The translations under genes were made by a program, and so were the position numbers. The notes beneath the pieces were generated by a model. That model was not told the DNA's origin. It made no database searches and was given only the letters and a program-made list of their open reading frames with translations. DNA of 64,000 nucleotides from Octopus vulgaris. Lineage: Eukaryota. The DNA lies in NCBI GenBank assembly GCA_951406725.2, contig OX597821.1, positions 92,814,001 through 92,878,000 on the forward strand, read 5' to 3'. This document shows, piece after piece, positions 25,915 through 39,001 of the stretch (the stretch's first letter is position 1; every line of letters begins with the position of its first letter).

Positions 25915-26944
25915 CGGTGGTGGTGGTGGTGGTGGTGGTTGTGGTGTTTGTGGTGGTGGTGGTGGTGGTGGTGGTAGTGCTGGTGGTGGTGTTTGTAGTG
26001 GTGGTGGTGGTGGTGGTGTTTGTAGTGTTAGTGGTGGTGGTGGTGGTGGTGGTGGTGTTTGTAGTGGTATGGTGGTGTTTGTAGTGGTGGTGGTGGTGTT
26101 GGTGGTGGTAGTGGTAGTGGTGGTTGTGGTGGTGGTGGTTGTGGTGGTGGTGGTTATGGTGGTGGTTATGGTGGTGGTGGTGATTGTAGTTGTAGTGGCA
26201 TTAGTGGTGGTGCTGGTGCTGGAGATGGTGCTGGTGGTGGTGGTTGTAGTACTAGTGATGGCGATGGTGATCGTGGTGTCGGTGGTGATAGTAGTGCTGG
26301 TGGTGATGGTGGTGGTGGTGCTGGTGGTAGTGGTGCTGGTGTTGGAGATGGTGATGGTGGTGATTGAGATGGTGGTGGTGGTAGTAGTAATAGTGATGGT
26401 GATGGTAATCGTGGTGTCGGTGGTGATCGTGGTGGTGGTGGTGATGGTGGTGGTGTAGTGAGGAAGGTGGTAATAGCTGGTGGTTGTGTTGGCAGAGGGA
26501 TGGAGGTGGTATTTATGGCGAGGGGAAATGGTAGCGATTGGGGGGGTCTGATGCCATTGATGTCGATGGTGCTGATGGTGGGAAGGGTTTGTAGTGATGG
26601 TTGGGTGGTAGTTACGGTGGAGTGGTGGTGATGGTGTGCGAGTGGTGACAATGAGGCTTGTGGGGATGGGTTAGATGTGATGGTGTTGGTGGTGTTGATG
26701 GTGGTGGTAGTGGTTCTGAGTAGCGGTGATAGTGAAGGTGAAGACAGTTAGAGTGGTGGTGGTAGTGGGAGAGAGGATAACAGTGATATTGGTGGTAGTG
26801 TTGCAGGTGGCAGCAGCAGCAGCAGCAGTAGTAGTACTAGTAGTAGTAGTAGTAGTATTTACGGTGGTGGTGGTAGTGGCAGCAGCAGCGACAGCGGCAG
26901 TAGTACTAGAAGTAGTAGTAGTAGTTGATGTTGTTGTAGTAGTG

Positions 26945-26978
<34 letters not shown>

Positions 26979-27265
26979 CAGTAGTAGTAGTTGCAGCAGC
27001 AGCAGTAGTTGTAATTGTAGTAAAAGTGGTGGTGGTGGTGGTGGTGGTGGTGGTGGTGATGGTGGTGGGAGTAGTAATGAGGGTAATAATGTTAGTGGTG
27101 GGGAACTGGCGAGTTGTGTTGGTGGTGGTGATGATGGTGTTGATAGCGGGTAGTTGTTGATGATGATGGTGGTGGTATTGTTCTTGTTGTTGTCGTGTTG
27201 ATAATGGTGGTGTTGATGGTGGAGATAGCGATGACGATGGAGACAATGATGACGACGACGCTGGT
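25915..27265. repeat. Long (GGT)/(AGT)/(AGC)n low-complexity tract
   Basis: Directly visible. Confidence 0.95.
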
Positions 27266-27559
27266 GACAAAAATTGAAAAAGATGTTTCGATATTGAGAC
27301 TATACAAATGAATATAATTCAATGGCCATTCATCACTTTAAAAAAATATACTATACATATTGTGCATTTGTGATAGTGTCAATACGTATTTGTCTCAGAG
27401 TATATGCTTCTATTATATACTTTTATGTATGTGCATCTGTTTATGTAAACGTATATGTGCGTCTGTTTACGTAACTATGTAAACGGACGTATGTGTGTCG
27501 GCGTAGGTTTATATTTATGGATGTGGCTGTATGAATATATATGTGTGTATGTGTGTCTT

Positions 27560-28013
27560 CCAAAAACAGGACAGGGCCTGTTGTGTTGCAGTGTATTTAT
27601 GTGTTGTGATCCTGAAGAATTGCGTAGGTGACGTATGGCCTTTGATGCTAGCCTTGAATGAATTTTGAAGCTAATGCTGAGGTCATTTGGGCAAATGCTG
27701 GTGGTATATTCTCCATATCGTGCAAATGATGTATCGCTCACGGCGGCGCTGGAGAGAATAGAGTTTCAATGCTTTGAGTGGGGTCCCAATAACCTTAGTG
27801 TGATTCAATTTTCGAAGTGTTTTGTTTTACCTGGGGAGACCACAGGGACTGTAGTATTCGAAGTGTGGCCGTACAAAGGCAGAGTAAAGAGAAATGATGT
27901 CATTTTGTTCTCTGTACCGGAAGGTTCTTAGGATCCAGGAGCTCATCCTACGAGCTATATCGACCTTATTGTTGATGTAGGCACTCCAGCTGAGATTGTT
28001 GTCAACAATTACT
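27560..28013 (-). mobile_element. CR1-like LINE fragment (inverted relative to 29458-29830)
   Basis: Reverse complement aligns to 29458-29830 and to the 18590-19070 part of the younger copy. Confidence 0.85.
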
Positions 28014-28199
28014 TGCCTTCCACAAACAAGCTTGCCCAGACTTGTGCTCGGAGGGGATATATATATAACTACACGTATGCCGTAGGCGATTTCTTTTCCT
28101 TCTTTGGACTTTTCCCTTTCCCCTTCCGTTTTTATTCGTTTATTCGAACTGATTGTTTATTTGAATTGACTATATAAAATTAACCAATTAAATTACTCT

Positions 28200-29830
28200 C
28201 ACATACAACATCCACACTCAACAAGAATGAAAGGGTTTGAGTTGGAAAAACTTCATCTGCAGACCATCATAACAACCTGCAATGAAAATCAAAGAGCTGC
28301 AGAAGAACAGAAGGTAATCAAAATCAATGAAACCGAACCCAAAAGTCTTCTATTCATATGCAAATAAGCATAGGACCGCTGTCTCACCTGTTGGTCCATT
28401 GATCGATGATAGGGCATTCTCCAACATTATGCTAAAGAAATGGCAGAAGTATTGCAGAAACAATACTGTTCTGCCCTTAATGATCCCACTGATATTGACG
28501 TAAGTGATGTAAACGAAGTCGATTCTCAACGAATAATCTCGGGCATAACCTTTACTGCTTCAGACATCATAGCAGCAATAAGCGAGATCAAATACTATTC
28601 TGCTGTAGGCCCTGATAGATTCCCCGCTAGTCTCCTGAAGGAATGTTGACACCAACTTGCAGTCCCTCTAACCAACCCCTAGATAAACTCTTTAGACTCA
28701 TGTTATATACGGAAACAGTTCTTATCCCAGTCTGTCATCCCGGTTTTCAAATAAGGAAACAGATCCCTCGTAGTCACCTATCGTACAATCTCACTCACCC
28801 CCATATCATTAAAATGTTTGTAAGGGTGGTGAGATCAAGGATAGCTGGCTTCCTGGAGAACAACAATCTCCTAAATTCAAACCAGTATGACTTTCACTGC
28901 GGCATGGACTTTCTAAAACAGCTTTTACACCACATCGATGTCCTTAAAGCCTTAGAATCACGTTCGAACTCTGATGTCATATATCATGACTTCAGTTAAG
29001 CGTTCGACAGAGTCGACCATAATATCCTACTGTCAAAATTGTCAAATACTGGAATCTGTGGAAAACTACGATACTGGATGGAGTATTTGCTGGAGAACAG
29101 AACACAGGTTGTGATCGGTAGAATCCACTCAAGCCCAGCAAAAGTCGCCAGTGGTGTCCCTTAAGGGACTGTCATGGATCTGCTTCTGTTTATAGTCTGT
29201 ATAAGCAACCTTTCCAGCGTCATAAGACACAAAGTGAAAATATTCGCTGCTGACTCTAAGCTCCAGAAAATTATCGACGGAGAAGAAGACCGAACTGAAC
29301 TCCAGTCTGAACTACATGCTGTGAGTCAATGGGCGAACAAAAGCAGAATGCAATTAAATGAGGGAAAATTTGAGCTGATGCATTTCGGAAGAAAGACTAT
29401 ACTGAAACAGCCATACACCCTTCCTTCCACTCACATCTAATAATATCAGAAACCTAGGAGTAATTGCTGGCAACAATCTCAGCTGGAGTGCCCTCATCAA
29501 CAATAAGGTCGATATAGCCCGTAGGATGAGCTAAGAACTTTCCGGTCCAGAGAACAATGTGTCATCATTCCTCTTTTCTCCGCATTTGTATGGCCACACT
29601 TCGAATACTGCTGCTCCCTGTGTTCTCCTCATGCAAAACAAAATACTTCGAAAACTGAATCACACTAGAGATTATTGGGACCCCACTTAAAGCATTGAAA
29701 ATCTATTCTCTCCAGCGCCGCCGTGAGCGATACATCATTTGCACGATGTGGAGAATATACTAACAGCATTTGTCCAAATGACCTCAACATTAGCTTCAAA
29801 ATTCATCTAATGCTAGCACCACAAGTCACA
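28200..29830 (+). mobile_element. Decayed CR1-like LINE ORF2 (RT)
   Basis: SAVGPDRFPASLLKEC, NSNQYDF, DVIYHDFS*AFDRVDH, SGVP*GTV, KIFAADSKL, LNEGKFELMHFG; many stops and frameshifts. Confidence 0.9.
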
Positions 29831-29849
29831 CGTCACCTACCCAATTCTT

Positions 29850-30030
29850 CAGGTAAAGGTTGCTTAAACAGACTATAAACAGAAGCAGGACCATAACAGT
29901 CCCTTGAGGGACACCACTGGCGACTTTTGCTGGGCTTAAGTGGATTCCCCCGATCACAACATGTTTTGTTCTCCAGAAAATACTCCATCCAGTATAGTAG
30001 TTTTCCACGGGTTCCAGTATTTTAAACAAT
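29850..30030 (-). mobile_element. Inverted duplicate of CR1-like segment 29035-29215
   Basis: Minus frame reads HLSPAKVASGVPQGTVMVLLLFIVCLSNL; reverse complement aligns to 29035-29215. Confidence 0.85.
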
Positions 30031-30220
30031 TTTTCTAGAAACAGTGAATTAGCCCTGAAATTCAATACACCAAAACAAAATTCACTAATCTTTAGAAGTG
30101 GCGGGGTTGATTCTTCAGCACAAATTCTTCCAGGCAACATGGCCGCAGTCTAATGACTGAAATAAGTAAAAGATAAAAGATAATATATACTATTTCTACT
30201 ACTACTACTACTCCTACTAC

Positions 30221-30258
<38 letters not shown>

Positions 30259-30262
<4 letters not shown>

Positions 30263-30735
30263 TCATGCCTCCCCATTGATATGACTGTTCCAATCGATAT
30301 AAACGTATCTGTTAAGACCTACCAAAAACTGAGCAAATATAAAGATCTTGAAATAGAAATTAGCAAAATGTGGAACCTGAAGACTAAAACAATACCTGTT
30401 GTCATAGGTGCCCTGGAAAAGATAGCAAAAGGGACTGATTGCTACTTAGCTCAGATACCAGGAAACCCCAAAATTCAAAAGATAGTGCTCATGGGAACTG
30501 CTCATATCCTACACAAAATACTTTCTATGTAATCTCAATTTTTAAAGCAAACATAATTTTCTTATGGTTTCTTAAACATTCACTAGTACAACACTAAGTA
30601 CAAAACGAAATATATGGCACCCTAGGCATAACACCAGCATGAACTTCCAGCTTGTTGTCTCCTGAGGTCTCTGGGTGAGACTTGGAGCCAACTTGTACAA
30701 ATGTAAAGCAAAAGTCAAACATAGAATAATAATAA
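30259..30735 (+). mobile_element. 5'-truncated R4/Dong-like LINE (restriction-like endonuclease C-terminus plus 3' UTR)
   Basis: IDMTVPID..KLSKYKDLEIEISKMW..IPVVIGAL..IQKIVLMGTAHILHKIL is typical of R4-clade RLE domains; (TAA)n on both sides. Confidence 0.8.
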
Positions 30736-30743
30736 TGATTATA

Positions 30744-31158
30744 GGCGCAGGAGTGGCTGTGTGGTAAGTAGCTTGCTAACCAACCACATGGTTCCGGGTT
30801 CAGTCCCACTGCGTGGCATCTTGGGAAAGTGTTTTCTGCTATAGCCTCGGGCCGACCAATGCCTTGTGAGTCAATTTGGTAGACGGAAACTGAAAGAAGC
30901 CTGTCGTATATGTGTATATATATAAATATGTATGTGTGTGTGTTTGTGTGTCTGTGTTTGTCCCCCTAGCATTGCTTGACAACCGATGCTGGTGTGTTCA
31001 CGTCCCCGTCACTTAGCGGTTCGGCAAAAGAGACCGATAGAATAAGTACTGGGCTTACAAAGAATAAGTCCCGGGGTCGATTTGCTCGACTAAAAAAGGT
31101 GGTGCTCCAGCATGGCCGCAGTCAAATGACTGAAACAAGTAAAAGAGTAAAAGAGAGA

Positions 31159-31160
<2 letters not shown>
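30744..31160 (+). mobile_element. SINE family B, full length
   Basis: GGCGCAGGAGTGGCTGTGTGG head, GGTTCAGTCCC B-box, CATCTTGGGAAAGTG CORE-like block, GTAAAAGA tail. Confidence 0.9.
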
Positions 31161-31214
<54 letters not shown>

Positions 31215-31994
31215 CAAAGTATGGATTATCTGTTATTCCTACAATTGTATGGTAAAATTCTTTACTGTGGCATAAGCAGAATATAATTACTTAGATTGTG
31301 TAAAATGTTCCGAAGCTCCCAACTCATCAGGCATCAGAGTGTGCTAAGACTGGATTACTCCTCAACCGTCTGTTTTGCGTCATTCTGTCTAGCTAATTTG
31401 TGGTGTGCTCCAATTTGATATGACTTGATCCTTCGTGGATCCCCTGTAATCAGAACTTTGTACGGTTCAGTGGTTACAACATCGGGCTTCTAACTCCTGT
31501 GAGTTCGATTCAATCGTGCTTTACGCAAGACATGTGACCCCTCAGAACTCTTTTATTTTATGAGAATTTGCATTCTACACGCGGAAATTCATACGATTAT
31601 GCAAAAACAAAAATTGTGCATGATTCAATGCCTATTTAGTTATTACTTTTAGCACGTATCACGACCACCTCATACTTTGTGTGTTTTAAGCATTTAGTAA
31701 ACAAAAAATGACCGTTTGAGTAAGCAGCTTGTTACTATGGCTTGAGTAAGCAGCTTGTTACTTGGCTTGTTACTATGGAAACAGGCACCAAAATGTTTGT
31801 GGTTTTCGATTAGCTAAAGTTACCCCCAAATTCGTTAACTCTTATATATTGATTTAAGGCGAAAATGAATTTCATGTCCATGGTTACCTTCCAAAACGCC
31901 AAATATGAAATCAATTGGAACAAAAACTGAAGAAATTGGAAAGTGGCAGCCAAACGGAAAAGATCCCTTATTAGTTTTTGTAAAACCTACTACT

Positions 31995-32285
31995 TATTCT
32001 ATCGGTCTTTTGCCGAACTGCCAAGTTACAGAGACGTAAACACACCAACACCGGTTGTCAATCGGTGTTAGGGACAAATACAGACACAAATACACACAGC
32101 AGTGATACGCACACATATTTATACACACATACATGCACGACGTACTTCTTTCAGTTTCCACTAACCAAATACACTTGCAAAGTTGAGGTTGTATAGTAGA
32201 AGACACTTGCCAAAGGAGTCACGCAGTGGGACTGAACCTGGAAGCAAGTGGTTAGGAAACAAACATTTTACCATACCAGCCACGC
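31995..32285 (-). mobile_element. Diverged SINE family B
   Basis: Similarity to other copies. Confidence 0.75.
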
Positions 32286-32492
32286 ATGAAAAGGATTGTG
32301 AAAGGTTCATGATGAGGAAAAAAAGCTACGACAGACAGAGCTGAATGGGGAAATGCTGCGTTTGATAAATGGCGTAATGATAAGAATTAGAATTATCTAT
32401 TTCTTTTATTCTTTTATTCATTTCTGTCGTTTGACTAAGGCCATGCTGAAGCACTGCCTTCGAGTGTTTTAGTCGAATAAATTGACCCCAGG

Positions 32493-33381
32493 ATTTATTC
32501 TTTTAAGCGTCATAAGTGAAATGTGTGGTCGAGCATTGTCATGAAGAATGATTGGCCTTCTTCTGTTGACCATTCTGGGATTGATGAGTAGCAGATTTCC
32601 CTTTTTTTTTTGGCAATTTCGTGGCAATATGTTTCTCCTGTAATGGTTTTTTTCGGGTTTTAAGAAGTTACAGTACACCACCAAACAGTTACCATAACCT
32701 CGGTTAAGGGAAGGTTTTCGGTGCTTCATCCCAAGTTACAATACGATCGAGAAATGGATCGGTCTGGTTACGGAGAAGAAACGACGAGCAAATTTCATAT
32801 CTGCGCATTTTCTGATTTTTATTCAAATCGTGTGGTACCCATTTGTCGAGCTTTTTTGACTTTCCGATCGCATGCAAGTGGTTGCAAGCAGTTTTCTGGT
32901 TAACTTGAGGTTCTTTTGCCAGTTCTCGAGGGATTTTGCGTGGATTTTTCTCAATAACGGTCTTTCATTGACCGTCATCGATGATAGATGGGCATTCACT
33001 ACGCTCACAATTTTCAAGGCTCAGATCTACACTGCGGAATTGTTCAAACCCTTTTTGAGCTGACCCCTCACTAGTCACTTCCCCACCAAATGTTTCGTTG
33101 ATATCGTGGGCAGTTTCAGCTACTTTGCCTCTTTTTTTAAAGTTGAATTGCAAAATTGCTCGAATATAACGCTTTGACAGTTCCATTTCAGATGTTTGTA
33201 ACAACCGTGAAAAAAATATCAATGTTAATTTATTGATGCATTTGAGCAAGTGTATGTCTGTTTTATCAGACAATTGCCCCCCCCCCCCCAAATGTCTAAA
33301 CAAAATTCAAAACACTTCAAGAATTCGGTACAGATTCCTCATGGTTCAAAACGTTGATTGTTTTTTTTACTCAACCTGATA
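32493..33381 (-). mobile_element. Decayed mariner transposon
   Basis: MELSKRYIRAILQFNFK..AETAHDINETFG (Mos1/SETMAR-type HTH), WVPHDL, RIVTWDE, IILHDNARPH; TIR-like TATCAGGTTGAGTAAAAA at the right end. Confidence 0.88.
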
Positions 33382-34131
33382 CATATAAGGTAAGGTTTAT
33401 CTGTTCAAAAATTCAACTGCTCTTTCTAACTGGCCGAACAACTATACATACTCTCCTCTAATGCTTGAACAACGAAACATCAGGTATAAAGTGTACATGT
33501 GTGATACTATACAATTGCATATTTTCCATCCAAGTAACGTACACGCACTTCTACAACTGTAAGGAAAAACTTATACACATCCTTATTATGTATAAGCGTG
33601 TAAGGTATAGTTATATACAACAGAAGAGTAAATACCATAGGTAGTGTGGTGCACATTGTACATAAGCCTAGTGTAAGAGTGTGAAGTTTTCAGACAATAG
33701 CTGGAGCGTTTGTATGTTTACTGCAGTATCTTGGGAGTATTTAGTTCTATTAAAAAGTTTCTACTTGCGAGCTAATTCCTTTGGCCACATATAACTGAAA
33801 CATAGCAAACAGTCTCATAGGCCTATTGCAGCTATAAGAACAACAGTTGTTAACGAAGCAGCAATGCAGATTACGAACGTTGAGGACATGTGAAATTTTC
33901 TTCATACTGAGAGGGAAGAGAAGCTTGTGTGTATGCAGAAGATTGAATTGAGTGTGCGTGCATGCGCGCGTGTGCTTGTTGGCAAAAACTCAAGAGTTAA
34001 ACTATAGGAATACAGAAATCATAATACTGCTTTAGGATAAACTAAGATAAATATGTAGATGTATGTATACCATCGTAAACATTATTGGCATCATCATCAT
34101 CATTATCATTATTATCATCATTATCCTCATC

Positions 34132-34538
34132 GGATCTTTTCGGTTTGAACGGCAGTGTCATGTGAAATTGTCACCCATAATTATGACCCTGTATCGATCT
34201 ATTGCATTTCAATCCGTTTTAGGGTTAGGGTTAGGGGTGGGGGGAAAGGGTACCATTTTTCTTCACAAATGTAAATAAACCCAATCTGTTTCTTAAGCGA
34301 GGGACATATTCATTCGGCACAGAATTTTTTTTTTACCTCAGTGGACGTCATTGATTGGTTGAAATTGCAGAAATTGAAGAAAAAGAAACAACAAATATCT
34401 TACAAACTATAGAATTTTCTCAATAAAACCAAGAGAAAAAGATGTTTTATAAACGCATTCTACCAGTATACGAAGTTTAAAATTTTTTAGTTACTTAGAA
34501 ATTATCTTTAAAACATGCCGTTCAAACCAAAAAGATCC
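34132..34538 (+). mobile_element. MITE with GG..CC TIRs, 8-bp TSD and internal TTAGGG repeats
   Basis: TIR GGATCTTTTCGGTTTGAACGGCA / TGCCGTTCAAACCAAAAAGATCC; TSD TCCTCATC. Confidence 0.9.
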
Positions 34539-34714
34539 TCCTCATCGACTCCACCTTGCATCCGTTTTTCTATGTTTAAATGGTCTGGACAGATACGAAA
34601 TCTTCATCTGCAAAATAATGTCTTGCTAAACGTTGCAGTCCGTTGTTATTTGTTTCATGAGTTTCAACCATTCGAGCTCATCTTCCACCGATTCTTCCCA
34701 TACTTTTTTTTTTT

Positions 34715-35118
34715 TTACTTTTTTACTTGTTTCAGTCATTTGACTGCGGCCATGCTGCAGCACCGCCTTTAGTCGAGCAAATCGACACCGGGACTTATTC
34801 TTTGTAAGCCCAGTACTTATTCTATCGGTGTCTTTTGCCGAACCGCTAAGTGACGGGGACGTAAACACACCAGCATCGGTTGTCAAGCAATGCTAGGGGG
34901 ACAAACACAGACACACAAACATATACACACACACTTATATATATATACATATATACGACAGGCTTCTTTCAGTTTCCGTCTACCAAATCCACTCACAAGG
35001 CATTGGTCGGCCCGAGGCTATAGCAGAAGACACTTGCCCAAGATGCCACGCAGTGGGACTGAACCCGGAACCATGTGGTTGGTTAGCAAGCTACTTACCA
35101 CACAGCCACTCCTGCGCC
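34715..35118 (-). mobile_element. SINE family B, full length
   Basis: Reverse complement of 30744-31160. Confidence 0.9.
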
Positions 35119-35800
35119 ATGTTTTTTTTTTTCTTTTTCCCTTGGTCTTTCTCTTCTGCAGGGTCATTTCAGTCACGTTTTTAACTAACACCCATCAATT
35201 CTCTTGCGCAGTTAAAAAAAAAACATTTGCAGGTATGTCATTACCGGTATATTTCGATCTCCAACAAAACCTCAAAACGGATTATCGGAAATTTGAAGTC
35301 TAAGGAATCTTATCTTATTCATAAATTAAATCTCTCCATCGAAAACAGATAATAATTGCCCGACGCTAATTGGTTAATATAACACTGCGCTATTCATACC
35401 TCCTTCCCACGCATCTGTGTATATCGGAGTTAAGATCAGTGTCTGTTTAGAAACGGAAATATTGGAATATAAGGTTGAAGTGTGAAACATTGTTTTCGTT
35501 TATTTTTTTCGTTGTCACTACTTTAACGTAACTTGCTTTGTAGTGGCTTCTTGAATCACTTTATATATACATATATACATACATATATATAGAAATGTAT
35601 GTATAACTATATATATATATGTGTGTGTGTGTGTGTATAAATATATATGTATAACTATATATATATATGTGTGTATATATATGTGTATATATATATGTAT
35701 ATATTTATATATATATACACACACACAAATAGTTATAACTGAACATAAAAACAAGCGTTAATATGTGTGTGTGTGTGTGAGTGCGTGTGTGTGTGTGCGT

Positions 35801-35855
<55 letters not shown>

Positions 35856-35957
35856 TATAAAATCTATATAAGAATTTATCAAGTAGCCGGCTTGAAGAAC
35901 CAGTTCAGGAAAAAATTAATACAAAATATATAATTTTTCTCTTTAAATATAAATAAA

Positions 35958-36372
35958 TATTTCTTTACTACCCACAAGGGGCTAAACACAGAGAGGACAA
36001 ACAAGGACAGACAAACGAATTAAGTCGATTATATCGACCCCAGTGTTTCATTGGTACTTAATTTATCGACCTCGAAAGGATGAAAAGCAAAATCGACCTC
36101 GGCGGAATTTGAACTCAGAACGTAGCGGCAGACGAAATACCTATTTCTTTACTACCCACAAGGGGCTAAACACAGAGAGGACAAACAAGGACAGACAAAC
36201 AGATTAAGTCGATTACATCGACCTCAGTGCGTAACTGGTACTTATTTAATCGACCCCGAAAGGATGAAAGGCAAAGTCGACCTCGGCGGAATTTGAACTC
36301 AGAACACAGCGGCAGATGAAATACCGCTAAGCATTTCGCCCGGCGTGCTAACGTTTCTGCCAGCTCGCCGTC
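35958..36372 (-). mobile_element. SINE family A dimer
   Basis: TSD TTTAAATATAAATAA at 35942-35956 and 36377-36391. Confidence 0.9.
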
Positions 36373-36422
36373 TTACTTTAAATATAAATACATTTATTAT
36401 ATTAAGGGCTTTTATTACTACA

Positions 36423-36644
36423 CTGGCAGAATCGTTAGCACGCCAGGCAAAATGCTTAGCGGTATTTTGTCTGCCGCTACGTTCTGAGTTCAAATTCTGC
36501 CGAGGTCGACTTTGCCTTTCATCCTTTCGGGGTCGATAAATAAAGTACCAGTTACGCACTGGGGTCGATGTAATCGACTTAATCCCTTTGACTGTCCTTG
36601 TTTGCCCCCTCTGTGTTTAGCCCCTTCTGGGTAGTAAAGAAATA
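36423..36644 (+). mobile_element. SINE family A monomer
   Basis: TSD ATTACTACAC at 36414-36423 and 36646-36655. Confidence 0.9.
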
Positions 36645-37215
36645 TATTACTACACGTAAATGCCTCACGTTGTAATGGGACTCTGAAGTCAAACTACTTT
36701 AATAAATATAGACAGCACCGAAAACGGGGAAATGCAGCTTGGAAACAGATTTAGTCGCAGATCATTACTGATTCCATGGATAGCGTACATATCACACTTT
36801 CCAATCATCAGTGCAAACATAATCAGAACACTTAAAAATGAACATCTGTACATACCAAGCGAACAGCAAACGTATCGTATTCAACATAGAGTATACAAAT
36901 GCTCTCAATTATATATCCATGTAAAAAGCGGGCTTCTCAAATTACATTTCGGTACACGTGTATAGTCGGAATAATTCAGCACTGAATATATTCCGGTTTG
37001 ATTTTAAATAATATATAAGGATGAAATCTATACAAGAATTTATTAAGTAGCCAGCATGAAAATCCGATCCAGGAAAAAATTAATACAAAATGTATAATTT
37101 TTCCCGCTTTCGGTGCGGTGTAGATTTATTAAAGTAGTTCGACTTCAGAGTACCATTACAGCTTGAGGCATTTACGTGTAGTAATAGCCCTTAATATAAT
37201 GTATATATATATATT

Positions 37216-37259
<44 letters not shown>

Positions 37260-37299
37260 TATGTGTGTGTGTGAGCATATATATGTGTGTATCTGTACG

Positions 37300-37735
37300 T
37301 ATATATTTGTGTGTGTGTGTCTGTTTTTGTCCCACCACCACTGCTTGACAACCGATGCTGGTGGGTTTAGATCCCGGTGACTTGGCAGTTTGGCAAAAAA
37401 GGCCGATAGAATAAGGACTAGGGTTACGAAGAATAAGTCCTGGAGTTGATTTGTTCAACTAAAATCCTTTAAGGCGGTGCTCCAGCATGGCCGCAATCAT
37501 CTGAAACAAGTAAAAGAATAAAAGAATATATATAGGCGCAGGAGTGGCTGTGTGGTAAGTAGCTTGCTAACCAACCACATGGTTCAGGGTTCAGTCCCAC
37601 TACGTGGCACCTTGGGCAAGTGTCTTCTGCTATAGCCCCGGGCCGACCAATGCCTTGTGAGTGGATTTGGTAGACGGAAACTGAAAGAAGCATGTCGTAT
37701 TTATGTATATATATATATATGTGTATATATGTGTA

Positions 37736-37766
<31 letters not shown>

Positions 37767-37966
37767 GTTTGTCCCCCTAGCATTGCTTGACAACCGATGC
37801 TGGTGTGTTTACGTCCCCGTCACTTAGCGGTTCGGCAAAAGAGACCGATAGAATAAGTACTGGGCTTACAAAGAATAAGTCCCGGGGTCGATTTGCTCGA
37901 CTAAAGGCGGTGCTCCAGCATGGCCGCAGTCAAATGACTGAAACAAGTAAGAGTAAGAGTAAGAGT
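37300..37966 (+). mobile_element. SINE family B 3' fragment (37300-37530) and full-length copy (37535-37966)
   Basis: Similarity to 30744-31160. Confidence 0.9.
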
Positions 37967-38833
37967 ATACATGTATTTGAAACCAGTACAACAGTCTAGC
38001 AAAACTAAGATCAATCATAATTTTTTACCATCGATTACTTAGATTGACACTGTAACAACATCAGTCTGAACTGCTGGCCTTTCACCTTAAATAAGCTGGG
38101 CCGTTCTGACTATGCAAACACTGACACCGACAGCTCCTTATTTGGATTTATCGGTATTAATCCGATCAGGTACACAACAACAAAAATGTTTATCAAATAG
38201 ATAGTTTAGATTACCATTTACCAGTTAAACTACAGACCACGTGAATATTGAGCTTAGATAGTAAACAATAATGTTCAATTGACAAAATCTAACAAGTATT
38301 CTCTTTGTCTGAACAAAGTGAATGCATGAACTAGAAATACCAATTAAATACAAAGAGCCTATTTGGCTACAATTTTTTTTTTCTCTTTCAATATCGAAAG
38401 AGAATATATCTAAGTTATGTTAGAAAAGATAGAAAGAAATATACATAAATATAGAAGAAAGAGTAATAAATGCAAACATTTAGTGAAAGTATGTAAGACT
38501 CGTCCTGAGATCTTTGAGATTTGAAAATATTGCCAAAGGTTAGTACTTGTGAAAGACGACAAGTTCGCCTAACTTGGACTTACACAATAAAGGTTTCGAT
38601 CTCAGTAAAACCATTTCCGTCTTTGCATGGAGACAGCAGACATCAGAATTAACGTTTTAGAATTCTTTGGCGTTTGAAATGTCAGCTTTACAAAAGAAAG
38701 AACAGAATTATATACAATTCTACGAAATCTTTGTGTGTTTTCTGAAGTGCATACGTATTAAGACATACGTATAGACTTACATATATAATGTCGATTTATA
38801 ATACATCTACCCATCCATCTTTACATACATACA

Positions 38834-38898
<65 letters not shown>

Positions 38899-38899
38899 G

Positions 38900-38930
<31 letters not shown>

Positions 38931-38970
38931 ATATATATATATGTATATATATATAAATATATACATACAT

Positions 38971-39001
<31 letters not shown>

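Larger units (their letters stand above)
35855..37200 (-). mobile_element. Hammerhead-like non-coding element interrupted by two SINEs
   Basis: Direct repeat 35855-35940 / 37020-37103; inverted repeat 36647-36732 / 37101-37186; degenerate CUGAUGA-UUGGA..UCCAU-GGAA-UCAG-UA at 36764-36814 (-). Confidence 0.6.

Noticed and set aside
30976-31275. Recurrent peptides MTTDAGVFTSPSLSG.. and ..VEDTCPRCHAVGLNPEPCGW
   Set aside because: Incidental translations of SINE family B copies, not a gene family.
31295-31340. CUGAUGAGUUGGGAG motif on minus strand (similar sequence at about 16330 +)
   Set aside because: No convincing stem I/II or GAAA; cannot be supported as a hammerhead.
34226-34245. Telomere or chromosome-fusion relic
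   Set aside because: The TTAGGG units are internal to a MITE present twice with TSDs.
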